DNA of 64,000 nt, from NCBI GenBank assembly GCA_965198235.1, contig OZ240248.1, positions 1,376,001-1,440,000 of the forward strand, in the 5' to 3' direction. The stretch's first letter is position 1; each line of letters opens with the position of its first letter. The position numbers and the translations under genes are program-made. Shown here one piece after another: positions 11,260 to 20,232 of this stretch. The notes under the pieces are model-generated. The model saw nothing but the letters and a program-made list of their open reading frames with translations. It was not told the origin of the DNA and searched no databases. This stretch comes from Candidatus Poribacteria bacterium (lineage in GTDB: Bacteria > Poribacteria > WGA-4E > WGA-3G).

Positions 11260-11352
11260 CTCTCGAAATCGGAACACGGGCTATCTTGGTGTGAATTGTG
11301 GCAGTCAATGCACGCTTGTGCGACTGCGGTGTCCGCATAGACAGCAGTGAAA
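11260..11352 (-). pseudogene. DUF3365-like haem c domain fragment
   Basis: FTAVYADTAVAQACIDCHNSHQDSP with CxxCH; only about 30 codons. Confidence 0.55.
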
Positions 11353-11400
11353 AAAAATGGGCGGATTTTCACATCCACCCAGTCAAAAAAAAAGAAAAGC

Positions 11401-13290
11401 CTAAAGAACCCACACAACCATCTGTCCCTCGCCGCGATTGCACCATGCGTAATACGGAATTGCCGTAACATCTGTGCGCTTCATAAGTGGTTTTGAATGT
11501 AGATAGAGGTTATTTCCCCAATCGGTGGCATCAAGCACCGTCCCCGCACCGCGGATAAGGGTAACACCCCCCAAGAGTTCACTGTCAAATGCTATTTCTA
11601 AGGGTGCACCATCTACCAGCGACAACGTGTGGAAAACGCCATCGGGATTGTCCACGTCCTCAAAGCAGTAGACCAGAGGACCGCGGCGCAGCGCAAACCG
11701 TCCGAGGTTTTCTTTAACAAGTGGATGTGCGTAAACCCGCTCAATCGGCATAGCGAGTGTCAGGTTAACTGTATCCTTTGCTTGCCACTGTCGCTCAATT
11801 GAGAGGTACCCGTTCGCGTTCGTTTCTGGCGTGTGAACCGATCCATTGACACACACTTCAAACGCGTCACACCAAGCAGGGATTCGTAAGTTCAATCCGA
11901 ATGTTACAGGCGTTTCCGGTTCCACCGTTATCTTGACATCGCCCGACCATGGATAATCCGTTTCCTGAGTTACTTTCACCGAAACGTCTCCGGTAACAGT
12001 CGCGTCGGCGGTGCCACCGATATATAGGTTCACCCATACACCTTCGTCCGATTCGGCATAGGCGTACTGTCCGACGGATGCGAGAAGTCGTGCGATATTC
12101 GGTGGGCAACACGCGCAGCCAAACCACTCATGCCGATGCCGACCGCCGTGGCTTGCCAGTGGATTCTGATAGAAGAAGCCCGTGCCATCAAGTGAGATTC
12201 CTGAGAGCGCACCGTTGTAAAGTGCCGTCTCCAATACATCAACAAAGCGCGACTCACCGCGCAATAGGAACATTCGGTGTGCCCAAAATATCAGTCCGAT
12301 AGACGCACACGTCTCGGCGTAGGCGGAGACGTTCGGTAACTCATAATCGTTTGTGAAACCTTCGTTGTGTCCAGAAGGACCCACACCACCGGTGACATAT
12401 AAACGTTTCTCTGTTACGTTCCGCCAAAGCACTTCCAGGGCATTTATAATTGCGGTATCGCCTGTCTCATAAGCGATGTCGGCAGCGGCACTGTAAAGAT
12501 ACATCGCTCGCACCGCGTGTCCAACGCATTCTCTTTGTGCCTGTATCGGGAGATGCGCTTGTGCGTAATGCCCCTCAAATTTTCCATCACGCGTGAAGTG
12601 ATGTCGATACGCGTCGAGCCCACCGGGAATGTCCGGATTCTCTAATTCCTTCTCAAAGACCGAGGGTGAATGTCCACGTCGGGTGACAAAGTATTCCGCG
12701 AGTGCCGAGTAGCGTGCTTCACCTGTAACGTCCGCCAACTTCACGAGCGCGAGTTCAATGCCTTCATGTCCGGGCAGTCCGTCTTGCTTGCCGGGACCAA
12801 AGATGTTATCGATTAGGTCTGCGAATCGGCATGCAACGTCAAGCAGGGTACCCTTTCCAGTAGCTTGATAATGCGCAACGGCTGCTTCGAACAGGTGTCC
12901 GGCGCAATAGAGTTCGTGCATGATGCCGAGGTTTTGCCACCGCTGCGTTGGCTCGACCAGCGTGAAATAGGAATTCAGGTAACCATCAGGCTGTTGGCTC
13001 GCCGCGATCTTTGCGATGACCTCATCCAACTCCGCTTCCCATTCCGGGTTCGGATGCGTCCGAAGCGTATACGATGCTGCCTCCACCCATTTGTGGACAT
13101 CGGAATCGTTGAAGAAAATACCTTCAAATTCTCCGGACATCAAGCCAGCGGCTTTCGCGAAGTTATCTATTCTACCGGTGGTTCGGCACTGGACCAGTTC
13201 ATGCGGGATCGTTACCTCGGAATTCGTCTGCTGCCGAGGTGCCCAAAACCGATCGCTAATTGTAACAGCCGTAAACGGAAGAGCTCTCAA
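11401..13290 (-). CDS. GH127 beta-L-arabinofuranosidase family protein
   Basis: HELYCAGH, GHAVRAMY, YAETCAS, CACCPPN motifs. Confidence 0.93.
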   Translation of the reverse strand: MRALPFTAVTISDRFWAPRQQTNSEVTIPHELVQCRTTGRIDNFAKAAGLMSGEFEGIFFNDSDVHKWVEAASYTLRTHPNPEWEAELDEVIAKIAASQQPDGYLNSYFTLVEPTQRWQNLGIMHELYCAGHLFEAAVAHYQATGKGTLLDVACRFADLIDNIFGPGKQDGLPGHEGIELALVKLADVTGEARYSALAEYFVTRRGHSPSVFEKELENPDIPGGLDAYRHHFTRDGKFEGHYAQAHLPIQAQRECVGHAVRAMYLYSAAADIAYETGDTAIINALEVLWRNVTEKRLYVTGGVGPSGHNEGFTNDYELPNVSAYAETCASIGLIFWAHRMFLLRGESRFVDVLETALYNGALSGISLDGTGFFYQNPLASHGGRHRHEWFGCACCPPNIARLLASVGQYAYAESDEGVWVNLYIGGTADATVTGDVSVKVTQETDYPWSGDVKITVEPETPVTFGLNLRIPAWCDAFEVCVNGSVHTPETNANGYLSIERQWQAKDTVNLTLAMPIERVYAHPLVKENLGRFALRRGPLVYCFEDVDNPDGVFHTLSLVDGAPLEIAFDSELLGGVTLIRGAGTVLDATDWGNNLYLHSKPLMKRTDVTAIPYYAWCNRGEGQMVVWVL

Positions 13291-13328
13291 AATTTTATCC
13301 TCATTCTATAAATCGGGTGAGTGTAGAA

Positions 13329-14015
13329 CTAACGGCTTCTCACGCTAATCCCTTGGAACGCTTCTGTAGGTAAGTATCTCCCCAACACGTTCTGAACGTC
13401 TATTTCCGAGAGTTGTTGTGGTGTGATTAAAACACATTTGTTCCGCGAACTCCTGCTCCAAGTTGTCTCAAAATCTTCATATTTCAATCGGCGTTTGGTA
13501 AGACTGATCGGATTCTGAAGTGATATTTCGCCTAACTGGTCGTTGTAATCGGACAAGGATAAGATCTCTGGGCTTCGTCCTTGGAATTGGATCATCACGA
13601 TAGGAGGCCACCCTTTCGCAATAAATGCCTTCAGGACATCGAGCGAACCGTTGGAGATAATGGCAACGTGCTGCACTCTACCACGAGTCGTGACATAAAA
13701 ATCGTCGAGGCCACCTCTGCTCCCAACGCGCGGGGGTTTTTTGAAGGCGTTTCTGACGTACGGCAGTTTCTGTAACTGGACGGTAGCACTATCAGGGAGG
13801 CTGGCTTGGCTCTGCCCGGATTGCGGCCTCGTGTTCCTCTCAGCGGCGGCAAGTGCCGTTTCAGGAACATGATATTGTCCTTGCGGAGGGGGACCGCAGT
13901 TTATTGCCAGAAACACGAAAATGAGCGATGCCACACAAGCACCCACCGTTGAATATGACGAACCCGTAAGTAGTGATTGACGAAATTTCCTTAAATAAGA
14001 CAGATGGTGTTTCAC
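13329..14015 (-). CDS. Hypothetical exported protein or lipoprotein, possibly a degenerate C39-like fold
   Basis: Hydrophobic segment ending in Cys; AGGAGG SD; C-terminal KGWPPIV...QNP...FETTW pattern. Confidence 0.65.
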   Translation of the reverse strand: MKHHLSYLRKFRQSLLTGSSYSTVGACVASLIFVFLAINCGPPPQGQYHVPETALAAAERNTRPQSGQSQASLPDSATVQLQKLPYVRNAFKKPPRVGSRGGLDDFYVTTRGRVQHVAIISNGSLDVLKAFIAKGWPPIVMIQFQGRSPEILSLSDYNDQLGEISLQNPISLTKRRLKYEDFETTWSRSSRNKCVLITPQQLSEIDVQNVLGRYLPTEAFQGISVRSR

Positions 14016-14074
14016 GGTTCATTCCTCCTTACATATAGAAACGGTTTGCGTGAGATATGGTTTACGTGTCATTT

Positions 14075-15094
14075 TTAATCGATCTGAACCGCGACTTCCC
14101 GTTTTTCCTTCCACGATTCCACAATAGCTTCAGTAATACGTAACGCTTGCAAACCATCTCTCCCCGTTGGGGCAGGCGACCGATCGGCGAGTAAGTCATC
14201 GACGAGGGCAGCCACCCGTAAGGCGAATGTTCCATCAAACGCAAGTTGTTCGTCTCTAAAAATAGAGGGACGGTATTCTTCGACGACCTGATTGTCCCGT
14301 CTCATCAAGGTTGCACGTGTGAGGACATTATCAACGACGATTTCGCCAGCGGAACCGCAGATTTCAAGTCGCTCGATCGGATGGATGAAATCGCTATCCC
14401 AACTCGCCATCAACGTAGCGACTGCTTCTGTTTCATAACGGAAAGAGATAGCCATGCTGGTATAACAGGCATCTTCGCCCTCACGCGCTTCATGTTGCCG
14501 CGGCTTCGCCATTTGCACACAAACAGCGACAATTTCACCGCCAAACCATCGAAGCAGGTCAATCGCGTGGGTTTCCAGTTCATAGAGCAGGTAATAGTCG
14601 CCTTTCCACGTTGAAGCCGGTCCACCTTGAGATAGTTTCATATCTAAGTAGTAAGTCTGCCCAATAGCACCCGCATCAAACCACTTGCGGGCTTGGACAT
14701 ACCCAGGGGCGAACCGACGATTGTAATCTATAGCAAGGTGGACACCTTTTTCGTCTGCCTTCACAACCATCTGTTCTGCTTCATCAATATAAAGTGACAA
14801 CGGTTTTTCAGAGATAACATGTTTCCCGGCTTCCAGACATTCCATCACGGGTTCAAAGTGCAGGTAATCCGCGGTTACAACGTCTACGAGGTCGCACTCT
14901 TCATTCGCAAGCATCTCTTTGATGGAAGGGTACCACTTCGCGATGCCGAGTTCTTCAGCACGTGTCTTCGCTTTAGCAGTATCTATATCGCATACTGCCA
15001 CCAATTCCGCACCCGGATGCTGAAGATACCCCAGTTGATGACGATGACCGATGCCACCGCACCCAACTGCTGCTACTTTCAGTTTCCCTGCCAT
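14075..15094 (-). CDS. Gfo/Idh/MocA family oxidoreductase
   Basis: VGCGGIG, SEKPL, HAIDL. Confidence 0.92.
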   Translation of the reverse strand: MAGKLKVAAVGCGGIGHRHQLGYLQHPGAELVAVCDIDTAKAKTRAEELGIAKWYPSIKEMLANEECDLVDVVTADYLHFEPVMECLEAGKHVISEKPLSLYIDEAEQMVVKADEKGVHLAIDYNRRFAPGYVQARKWFDAGAIGQTYYLDMKLSQGGPASTWKGDYYLLYELETHAIDLLRWFGGEIVAVCVQMAKPRQHEAREGEDACYTSMAISFRYETEAVATLMASWDSDFIHPIERLEICGSAGEIVVDNVLTRATLMRRDNQVVEEYRPSIFRDEQLAFDGTFALRVAALVDDLLADRSPAPTGRDGLQALRITEAIVESWKEKREVAVQID

Positions 15095-15548
15095 GATTGT
15101 GTTCTCCTTTACGCGCTAGGGCGCGCCGTGAGCACACTGTGCTCCTACCAAAGTTCTGATGAAGACTGACAACCTTCTGCTCAAAATTTTTTCTTCTGTT
15201 TATTATATTGGCTTACAAATTTCGACCTAAACATATAATATACAATGCAAAAAAAAATAACAAGGGAAAATTTTTCAACAGTTCCCTTAGACCAAAACGG
15301 GGACATTTATACGAAGTGGGTGTTCTGCGACAGCAACCACGCTCCATCGCTGTGGGGTTTTAACTCCATCGGTGTATCGTTAATGGTTGGCTCAATATAG
15401 TTTTAGCGTGCGTTCGGCACGGGACCTTGGAATAGAGTATAATTTCTTAAAACTGAATGACCCTGTAGGTGGCAACTTGCGTTATTGCTAAAGTAGTGAT
15501 TTTTATGTTATACTACCTTTTACCATGTTTTCAAGGAGGGGCACCGCG

Positions 15549-15989
15549 ATGAACTGTCCGCGCTGCAAACGGGAAGACGTTGTTAAAAATGGGAAAGCCA
15601 GGGAACGCCAACGCTATAAATGTAAATCTTGTGGATTTCAGTTTACACGACTTACCTCCCGTGGAAGACCGCCATGGCAAAGAGCCTTAGCGGTGTTCCT
15701 ATACTGTCGTGGGATTTCTATAAGCACAATCGCGCGGATGTTTTCAGTATCACCGAGTACCGTCTTCAAATGGATTCGGAAATTTGGCACACCGCTCGGA
15801 CCTACCCCTGAATCTGCTGCAAAGGGTGTGGTTCTTCTTGACGACGCTGAAATATCACAGTATCTGAAAACACAGAGCGAAAGCTGCGAATCTGGAAAAA
15901 TTTTTGTCGTCATACCGGAAGACGTGTCGTCTGAAAATGTAGTCGTCGGAATAAAACGAGATGGACGCAGAGAAAATCGTCGACACTAA
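15549..15989 (+). CDS. IS1-family InsA-like zinc ribbon + HTH protein without InsB
   Basis: CPRC...KNG...QRYKCKSC, HTH SISTIARMFSVSPSTVFKWIR; AGGAGG SD. Confidence 0.85.
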   Translation: MNCPRCKREDVVKNGKARERQRYKCKSCGFQFTRLTSRGRPPWQRALAVFLYCRGISISTIARMFSVSPSTVFKWIRKFGTPLGPTPESAAKGVVLLDDAEISQYLKTQSESCESGKIFVVIPEDVSSENVVVGIKRDGRRENRRH

Positions 15990-16179
15990 CGAGACTCAAA
16001 ACACGGGGACCTGTGAACACGAAGAATTTGCTAATCTCCCTTTCTTAGGAATGTGGGCAGATCCGGCGGATATGCAGGACAGTGTAGCGTGGGTACGGAA
16101 ACAGAGAGAAAAATGGATAGAACGGCTCACGAACAGAATTTGCCTCTCTATACCAAGAAGACGCGCCACTTTCACATGA
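15990..16179 (+). pseudogene. Probable antitoxin C-terminal fragment
   Basis: PFLGMWAD..DMQDSVAWVRKQRE resembles tails of DUF2281-type antitoxins; no partner toxin. Confidence 0.4.
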
Positions 16180-16238
16180 TTCCAGGATTAACAGTTGTTC
16201 GACCATATTAAACCCTCAAGGCAGGAAGACTTTTCGCT

Positions 16239-17129
16239 ATGCAAAACATATATTTAAGATGGTGGGGATGCGGCGCATTTGACGTACGCTTTGGAGACAT
16301 CAATATCGCTTTCGATCCATATCTGTTTGGTCAGAACTTAGCGGATGCCCAACCCATATACGACTATATCTTCATATCCCACGAACACTTCGACCACTGC
16401 CACCCCGTGACCTTGCAAAAATTGTGTTGCGGTGAGCGTTTTAAAAAGTTATTTATCAACGTTGGTTGTATGACCCCCGCACAACCCATCGCCGAGAAAT
16501 ACGGAGATGCCGCCTTTGCGCGCGATCTACCGATTACCAAGCATGTCCCCGCCGATAAGGTCCAGGTTCTCTATCCAAAACATCTCAACGAAAAACAGGG
16601 ATTATCGCGCACCTTTCAAGGTTCAGACACGCTCGATCTTGGCGATATTCATGTCGAGACGATTGAAAGCGGCGAGAACCAAACGCCAAATCTCCCGACA
16701 AACGGTTATCTGATAACACACACGGCAAAAAATGTCTCTGTTCTACACACGGGCGACTTGCACGAACCCTACCCGGCGTTAGCAAACCTCCGCGGGAAGG
16801 TTGATTTCCTGATCCACATGAAACTCGGTCTCGGTGAGGGGCTTGCGTCCCGGCTTATAGAACTTGTAGAATTAATCCAACCGCGCTTCGTGATACCGAC
16901 GCATTACCGAACCGACCGGAAATCCGATCCGATACCAACGGGGCATTGGCCCCCAAATGTCACCGATGAAATGGCGTTTATTGAATCAATCCGTGAAATA
17001 GTAGGTGACAGAACGTCCCTCCTCCCTTTCACCGCAGGCATAGAATATGAGGTAAAAATGCCAGAGAAACGGGTTATCTGGAAATGGGAGTGGTTCAACA
17101 CATGGGACGTTCCACCTTGGAGGGAATAG
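16239..17129 (+). CDS. MBL-fold metallo-hydrolase (UlaG-like)
   Basis: DPY, SHEHFDH, HTGD, IPTHY. Confidence 0.88.
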   Translation: MQNIYLRWWGCGAFDVRFGDINIAFDPYLFGQNLADAQPIYDYIFISHEHFDHCHPVTLQKLCCGERFKKLFINVGCMTPAQPIAEKYGDAAFARDLPITKHVPADKVQVLYPKHLNEKQGLSRTFQGSDTLDLGDIHVETIESGENQTPNLPTNGYLITHTAKNVSVLHTGDLHEPYPALANLRGKVDFLIHMKLGLGEGLASRLIELVELIQPRFVIPTHYRTDRKSDPIPTGHWPPNVTDEMAFIESIREIVGDRTSLLPFTAGIEYEVKMPEKRVIWKWEWFNTWDVPPWRE

Positions 17130-17324
17130 AATTCCCGCAGGTGGTTTTCTGAGAGCAAGGAGCCATTCTGATGAAACCGACCATTTCTCTTACAAATACC
17201 GGGGGATGTCAACAGTGATGGCGTGACTTCCGATCTTCAACCCCAGCGGGGTGATATGTCTATAGGGGAACAATGCCCGGGAGCCCATAGTTAAAAAATC
17301 GCAAAAGTTTGGAGAGTATATATC

Positions 17325-18335
17325 GTGTCAACAACACCGCGCGTCCGTGTCGCTTTCTATGGATGTGGGAACTTCGCGAACCGAACCCGCATCCCGAACC
17401 TATTACAGACAAATTCGGTGGATATTGTCGCTGCGTGCGATAGCAACTTACGGACGGCACAAGAAACAGCCGAACACTTCAAAATTCCGAGCGTCTACCA
17501 AGACGCACACGAAATGCTTGACACCGAAGCGATTGACGTGCTATACTCTATCGTACCGGCGTACGTACGAACCAATGTTGAATCGACTGCTGCAGAAAAG
17601 GGTATCCACATCTTCAGTGAGAAGCCACAGGCACTCACGATGCAGGTTGCCCACCGAATCAATAACGCCATTCAACAAGCAGGGGTTATCAGCACCGTTG
17701 GGTTTCGTGAACGGTATCGTCCGATCTTTCAAAAAGCTCGCCGATATTTGACGGACAAACATATCGTGCATGTCCGGTTTCAGAGTTTCGGGGGCTTACC
17801 GCCCTCAACAGACGGTGGACCCAAAACATGGTGGGAAGAGATGGACAAATCTGGGGGGAGTGCCCTCGATTGGGGGGTTCACGCAACCGATTATACACGA
17901 TTCATGACGGGATTGAACGTTGCCAAATCCCAAGCGTTTTATTGTGAACGCCCAGCTTACGCGAATGCTCTGTCTACCAGTTTCAATTACTGCTTTGAGA
18001 ACGGTGCTACGATGACACTCAACTTTGTCGCAGCCGGTCCGGGTCCGAAAACTGAACCGCGATTTACTATCTTCTATGAAGGCGGATGCCTCGAAATTCA
18101 CGGATACGATAGGATTATAGTGAATGGCGAGGTCCTTTACCAAGCCGACGAATTCGATCCGTGGTTGGAACAGGACAAAACCTTTATCCGCGCCCTTCAA
18201 TCTGGGGATGCAAGTCTTTTGCAAAGTGATTATTACGATGGGCTCTTCTCTTTAGCCCCTATTTTAGCAGGTTGGGAGTCTTCCCGCCGCGGCGGAGAGT
18301 GTATTGATGTCGCGGTGTTCATGGATGATGCATAA
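17325..18335 (+). CDS. Gfo/Idh/MocA family oxidoreductase
   Basis: GCGNFA, SEKP, DWGVHATD. Confidence 0.92.
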   Translation: MSTTPRVRVAFYGCGNFANRTRIPNLLQTNSVDIVAACDSNLRTAQETAEHFKIPSVYQDAHEMLDTEAIDVLYSIVPAYVRTNVESTAAEKGIHIFSEKPQALTMQVAHRINNAIQQAGVISTVGFRERYRPIFQKARRYLTDKHIVHVRFQSFGGLPPSTDGGPKTWWEEMDKSGGSALDWGVHATDYTRFMTGLNVAKSQAFYCERPAYANALSTSFNYCFENGATMTLNFVAAGPGPKTEPRFTIFYEGGCLEIHGYDRIIVNGEVLYQADEFDPWLEQDKTFIRALQSGDASLLQSDYYDGLFSLAPILAGWESSRRGGECIDVAVFMDDA

Positions 18336-18379
18336 TTTAAATGGCTGTCAGCCGAAAACTAATACATAAAGGAAAAAAT

Positions 18380-18595
18380 ATGGATGCAAAATTGAAAAAA
18401 ATTCAGATTACGCCAATGAAATTCGATAAACAGGGCGAAATACAAAAAGAAGAGTTCGCTACGCTCACCATTGAAGTACCGATGGATAGCACAGGACAAC
18501 GTGCCGCAATTATAGAGTTGTGTGAACTCCTCGATCAAGAATGGGTTGTTGTGGAGGTTGAGGGCAAAACGGTCGTGGCTGTCAACACCGCTTAA
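18380..18595 (+). CDS. Small hypothetical protein (71 aa)
   Basis: AAGGA SD before ATG; protein-like composition. Confidence 0.65.
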   Translation: MDAKLKKIQITPMKFDKQGEIQKEEFATLTIEVPMDSTGQRAAIIELCELLDQEWVVVEVEGKTVVAVNTA

Positions 18596-18643
18596 GGTGT
18601 GAGTAAAGGGGATAGAGTCTTCGAGGTACAAATTCCCATTTCC

Positions 18644-18856
18644 GTTGAACTTCACCGAAAACCATCGTGGAGTGTTTTTCTAACTATGGAAATCTGGTCA
18701 CTGCTCCATTATATTCCTTGCCCCTTCCCAGTAACGGGTGGGGACCCCGGTTTTTGGTTAGTGCCAACACATCCCAGGGGTTCAAAGGTTTTTGACTTCA
18801 CCAGAAACCGTTGTGAAACGAAGTGGAACAACGCCCAGGAGCCCATAGTTAAAAAA
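18644..18856. repeat. Composite of family B arms (reverse 18675-18712, forward 18792-18856) around a family F REP (18718-18751)
   Basis: Arms match other B copies; F matches mutL 9752-9785 at 32/34 nt. Confidence 0.85.
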
Positions 18857-19984
18857 ATGATTAAAAAATGGCTTTTTACACCCGGTCCCACGCCGATTCC
18901 GCCTGAAGCGTTGTTGGCGATGGCACAACCGATTGATTACCACCGCAGCGATGCCACTGCAACGCTCATTAAAGACGTTCTTGAAAAACTCAAACACGTT
19001 TTCCAAACCGAGAATGATGTCCTCTTTCTAACATCATCTGGAACCGGTGCTATGGAAGGCGCAGTCGCCAATCTTTTATCTCGTGGCGACAAAGTCATTG
19101 TCATCCGAAGCGGTAAATTCGGGGAGCGGTGGAGCGACATCTGCACCGCTTACAGCATTGAAGTGATCCCGATTGACGTGACATGGGGGGATTCTGTTGA
19201 ACCACAGACAGTTGAGGCACTCTTGACGGAACACCCCGATGTGAAAGCCGTCTTTGCAACGCTCTGTGAGACATCGACGGGGGCTTTGCACGATATTGAG
19301 ACGTTGGCAGGTCTAACGCGAGTTCGTCCGACACTCTTGCTTGTTGATGCTGTCAGCGCGCTCGCTGCCGATGATTTACAGATGGATAATTGGGGGGTGG
19401 ACGTTGTTGTTTCCTGCTCCCAAAAAGGCTTAATGACACCGCCCGGTCTGGCGTTCGCTGCGCTCAATGAACGCGCATGGAACGCTGTTGCGTGTTCTGA
19501 CCTCCCAAAATACTATCTCGACTTCCGAAAAGCACATCAAAGCGGCTTAGAGGGTTCTGTACCCTACACACCGGCGGTAACGCTGCTGACGGCACTTCAA
19601 TGTGCCTTGAATCGCATCTGTACAGAAGGTATCCGCAATACCATCGCCCGTCACAGTCGCTTGGCAGTCGCGACCCGGAGTGCGGTTAAAGCACTGGGTC
19701 TCTCCCTCTTTGCAGCGTCTCCAGCGAATACTTTGACCGCTATCCACCTGCCAGCGGAAATTGATGGACAGGCGTTTATCAGTCTGATGCGCGACACATA
19801 CGGTATCACCTATGCCGGCGGTCAGAGTCAGTTAAGCGGAAAAATCGTCCGGATCGCACATCTCGGCTGGATGAATGAAAACGATGCTATCGTCGCCATT
19901 TCTGCCTTGGAGCGAGGTCTCTGCTCCATCGGATATGACGTTCCACTGGGTGCTGGCGTTACCGCTGCACAGGAAGTTTTTTAG
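18857..19984 (+). CDS. Class V aminotransferase (serine-pyruvate/alanine-glyoxylate family)
   Basis: LFTPGPT, SSGTGAME, ETSTG, VDAVS, SQKGLMTPPG. Confidence 0.93.
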   Translation: MIKKWLFTPGPTPIPPEALLAMAQPIDYHRSDATATLIKDVLEKLKHVFQTENDVLFLTSSGTGAMEGAVANLLSRGDKVIVIRSGKFGERWSDICTAYSIEVIPIDVTWGDSVEPQTVEALLTEHPDVKAVFATLCETSTGALHDIETLAGLTRVRPTLLLVDAVSALAADDLQMDNWGVDVVVSCSQKGLMTPPGLAFAALNERAWNAVACSDLPKYYLDFRKAHQSGLEGSVPYTPAVTLLTALQCALNRICTEGIRNTIARHSRLAVATRSAVKALGLSLFAASPANTLTAIHLPAEIDGQAFISLMRDTYGITYAGGQSQLSGKIVRIAHLGWMNENDAIVAISALERGLCSIGYDVPLGAGVTAAQEVF

Positions 19985-20167
19985 GAGTCGTCAGCGGTCA
20001 GTCGTCGGTTTTAACTATCAACTCGCCTCTGTTATAAATATTAAAGCACGAGTTGATGCTTAAAGAAAAGGAACCTTGTGGCAGGTGAAAGCGATAGCAA
20101 CAGGCACAACGGTCTACCGAAGGTCTCCGATAGCCATTCCTACCGACTGTCATTGACCCAGAGGCAG

Positions 20168-20232
20168 TTGAACTTCACCAAAAACCGCTGCGTAATGGAA
20201 TGGAGCAGCGACCAGATTTAATAGTTTAAAAA
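20168..20232 (+). repeat. Family B repeat abutting ATG
   Basis: CGCTGC-GTAATGGAATGGA-GCAGCG-ACCAGATTTAATAGTTTAAAA. Confidence 0.9.

Noticed and set aside
15549-16179. Active IS1 element
   Set aside because: No intact InsB/DDE domain, frameshift signal or terminal repeats seen
17192-17226. Dockerin-like fragment IPGDVNSDGV
   Set aside because: Only about 10 codons; cannot be distinguished from chance
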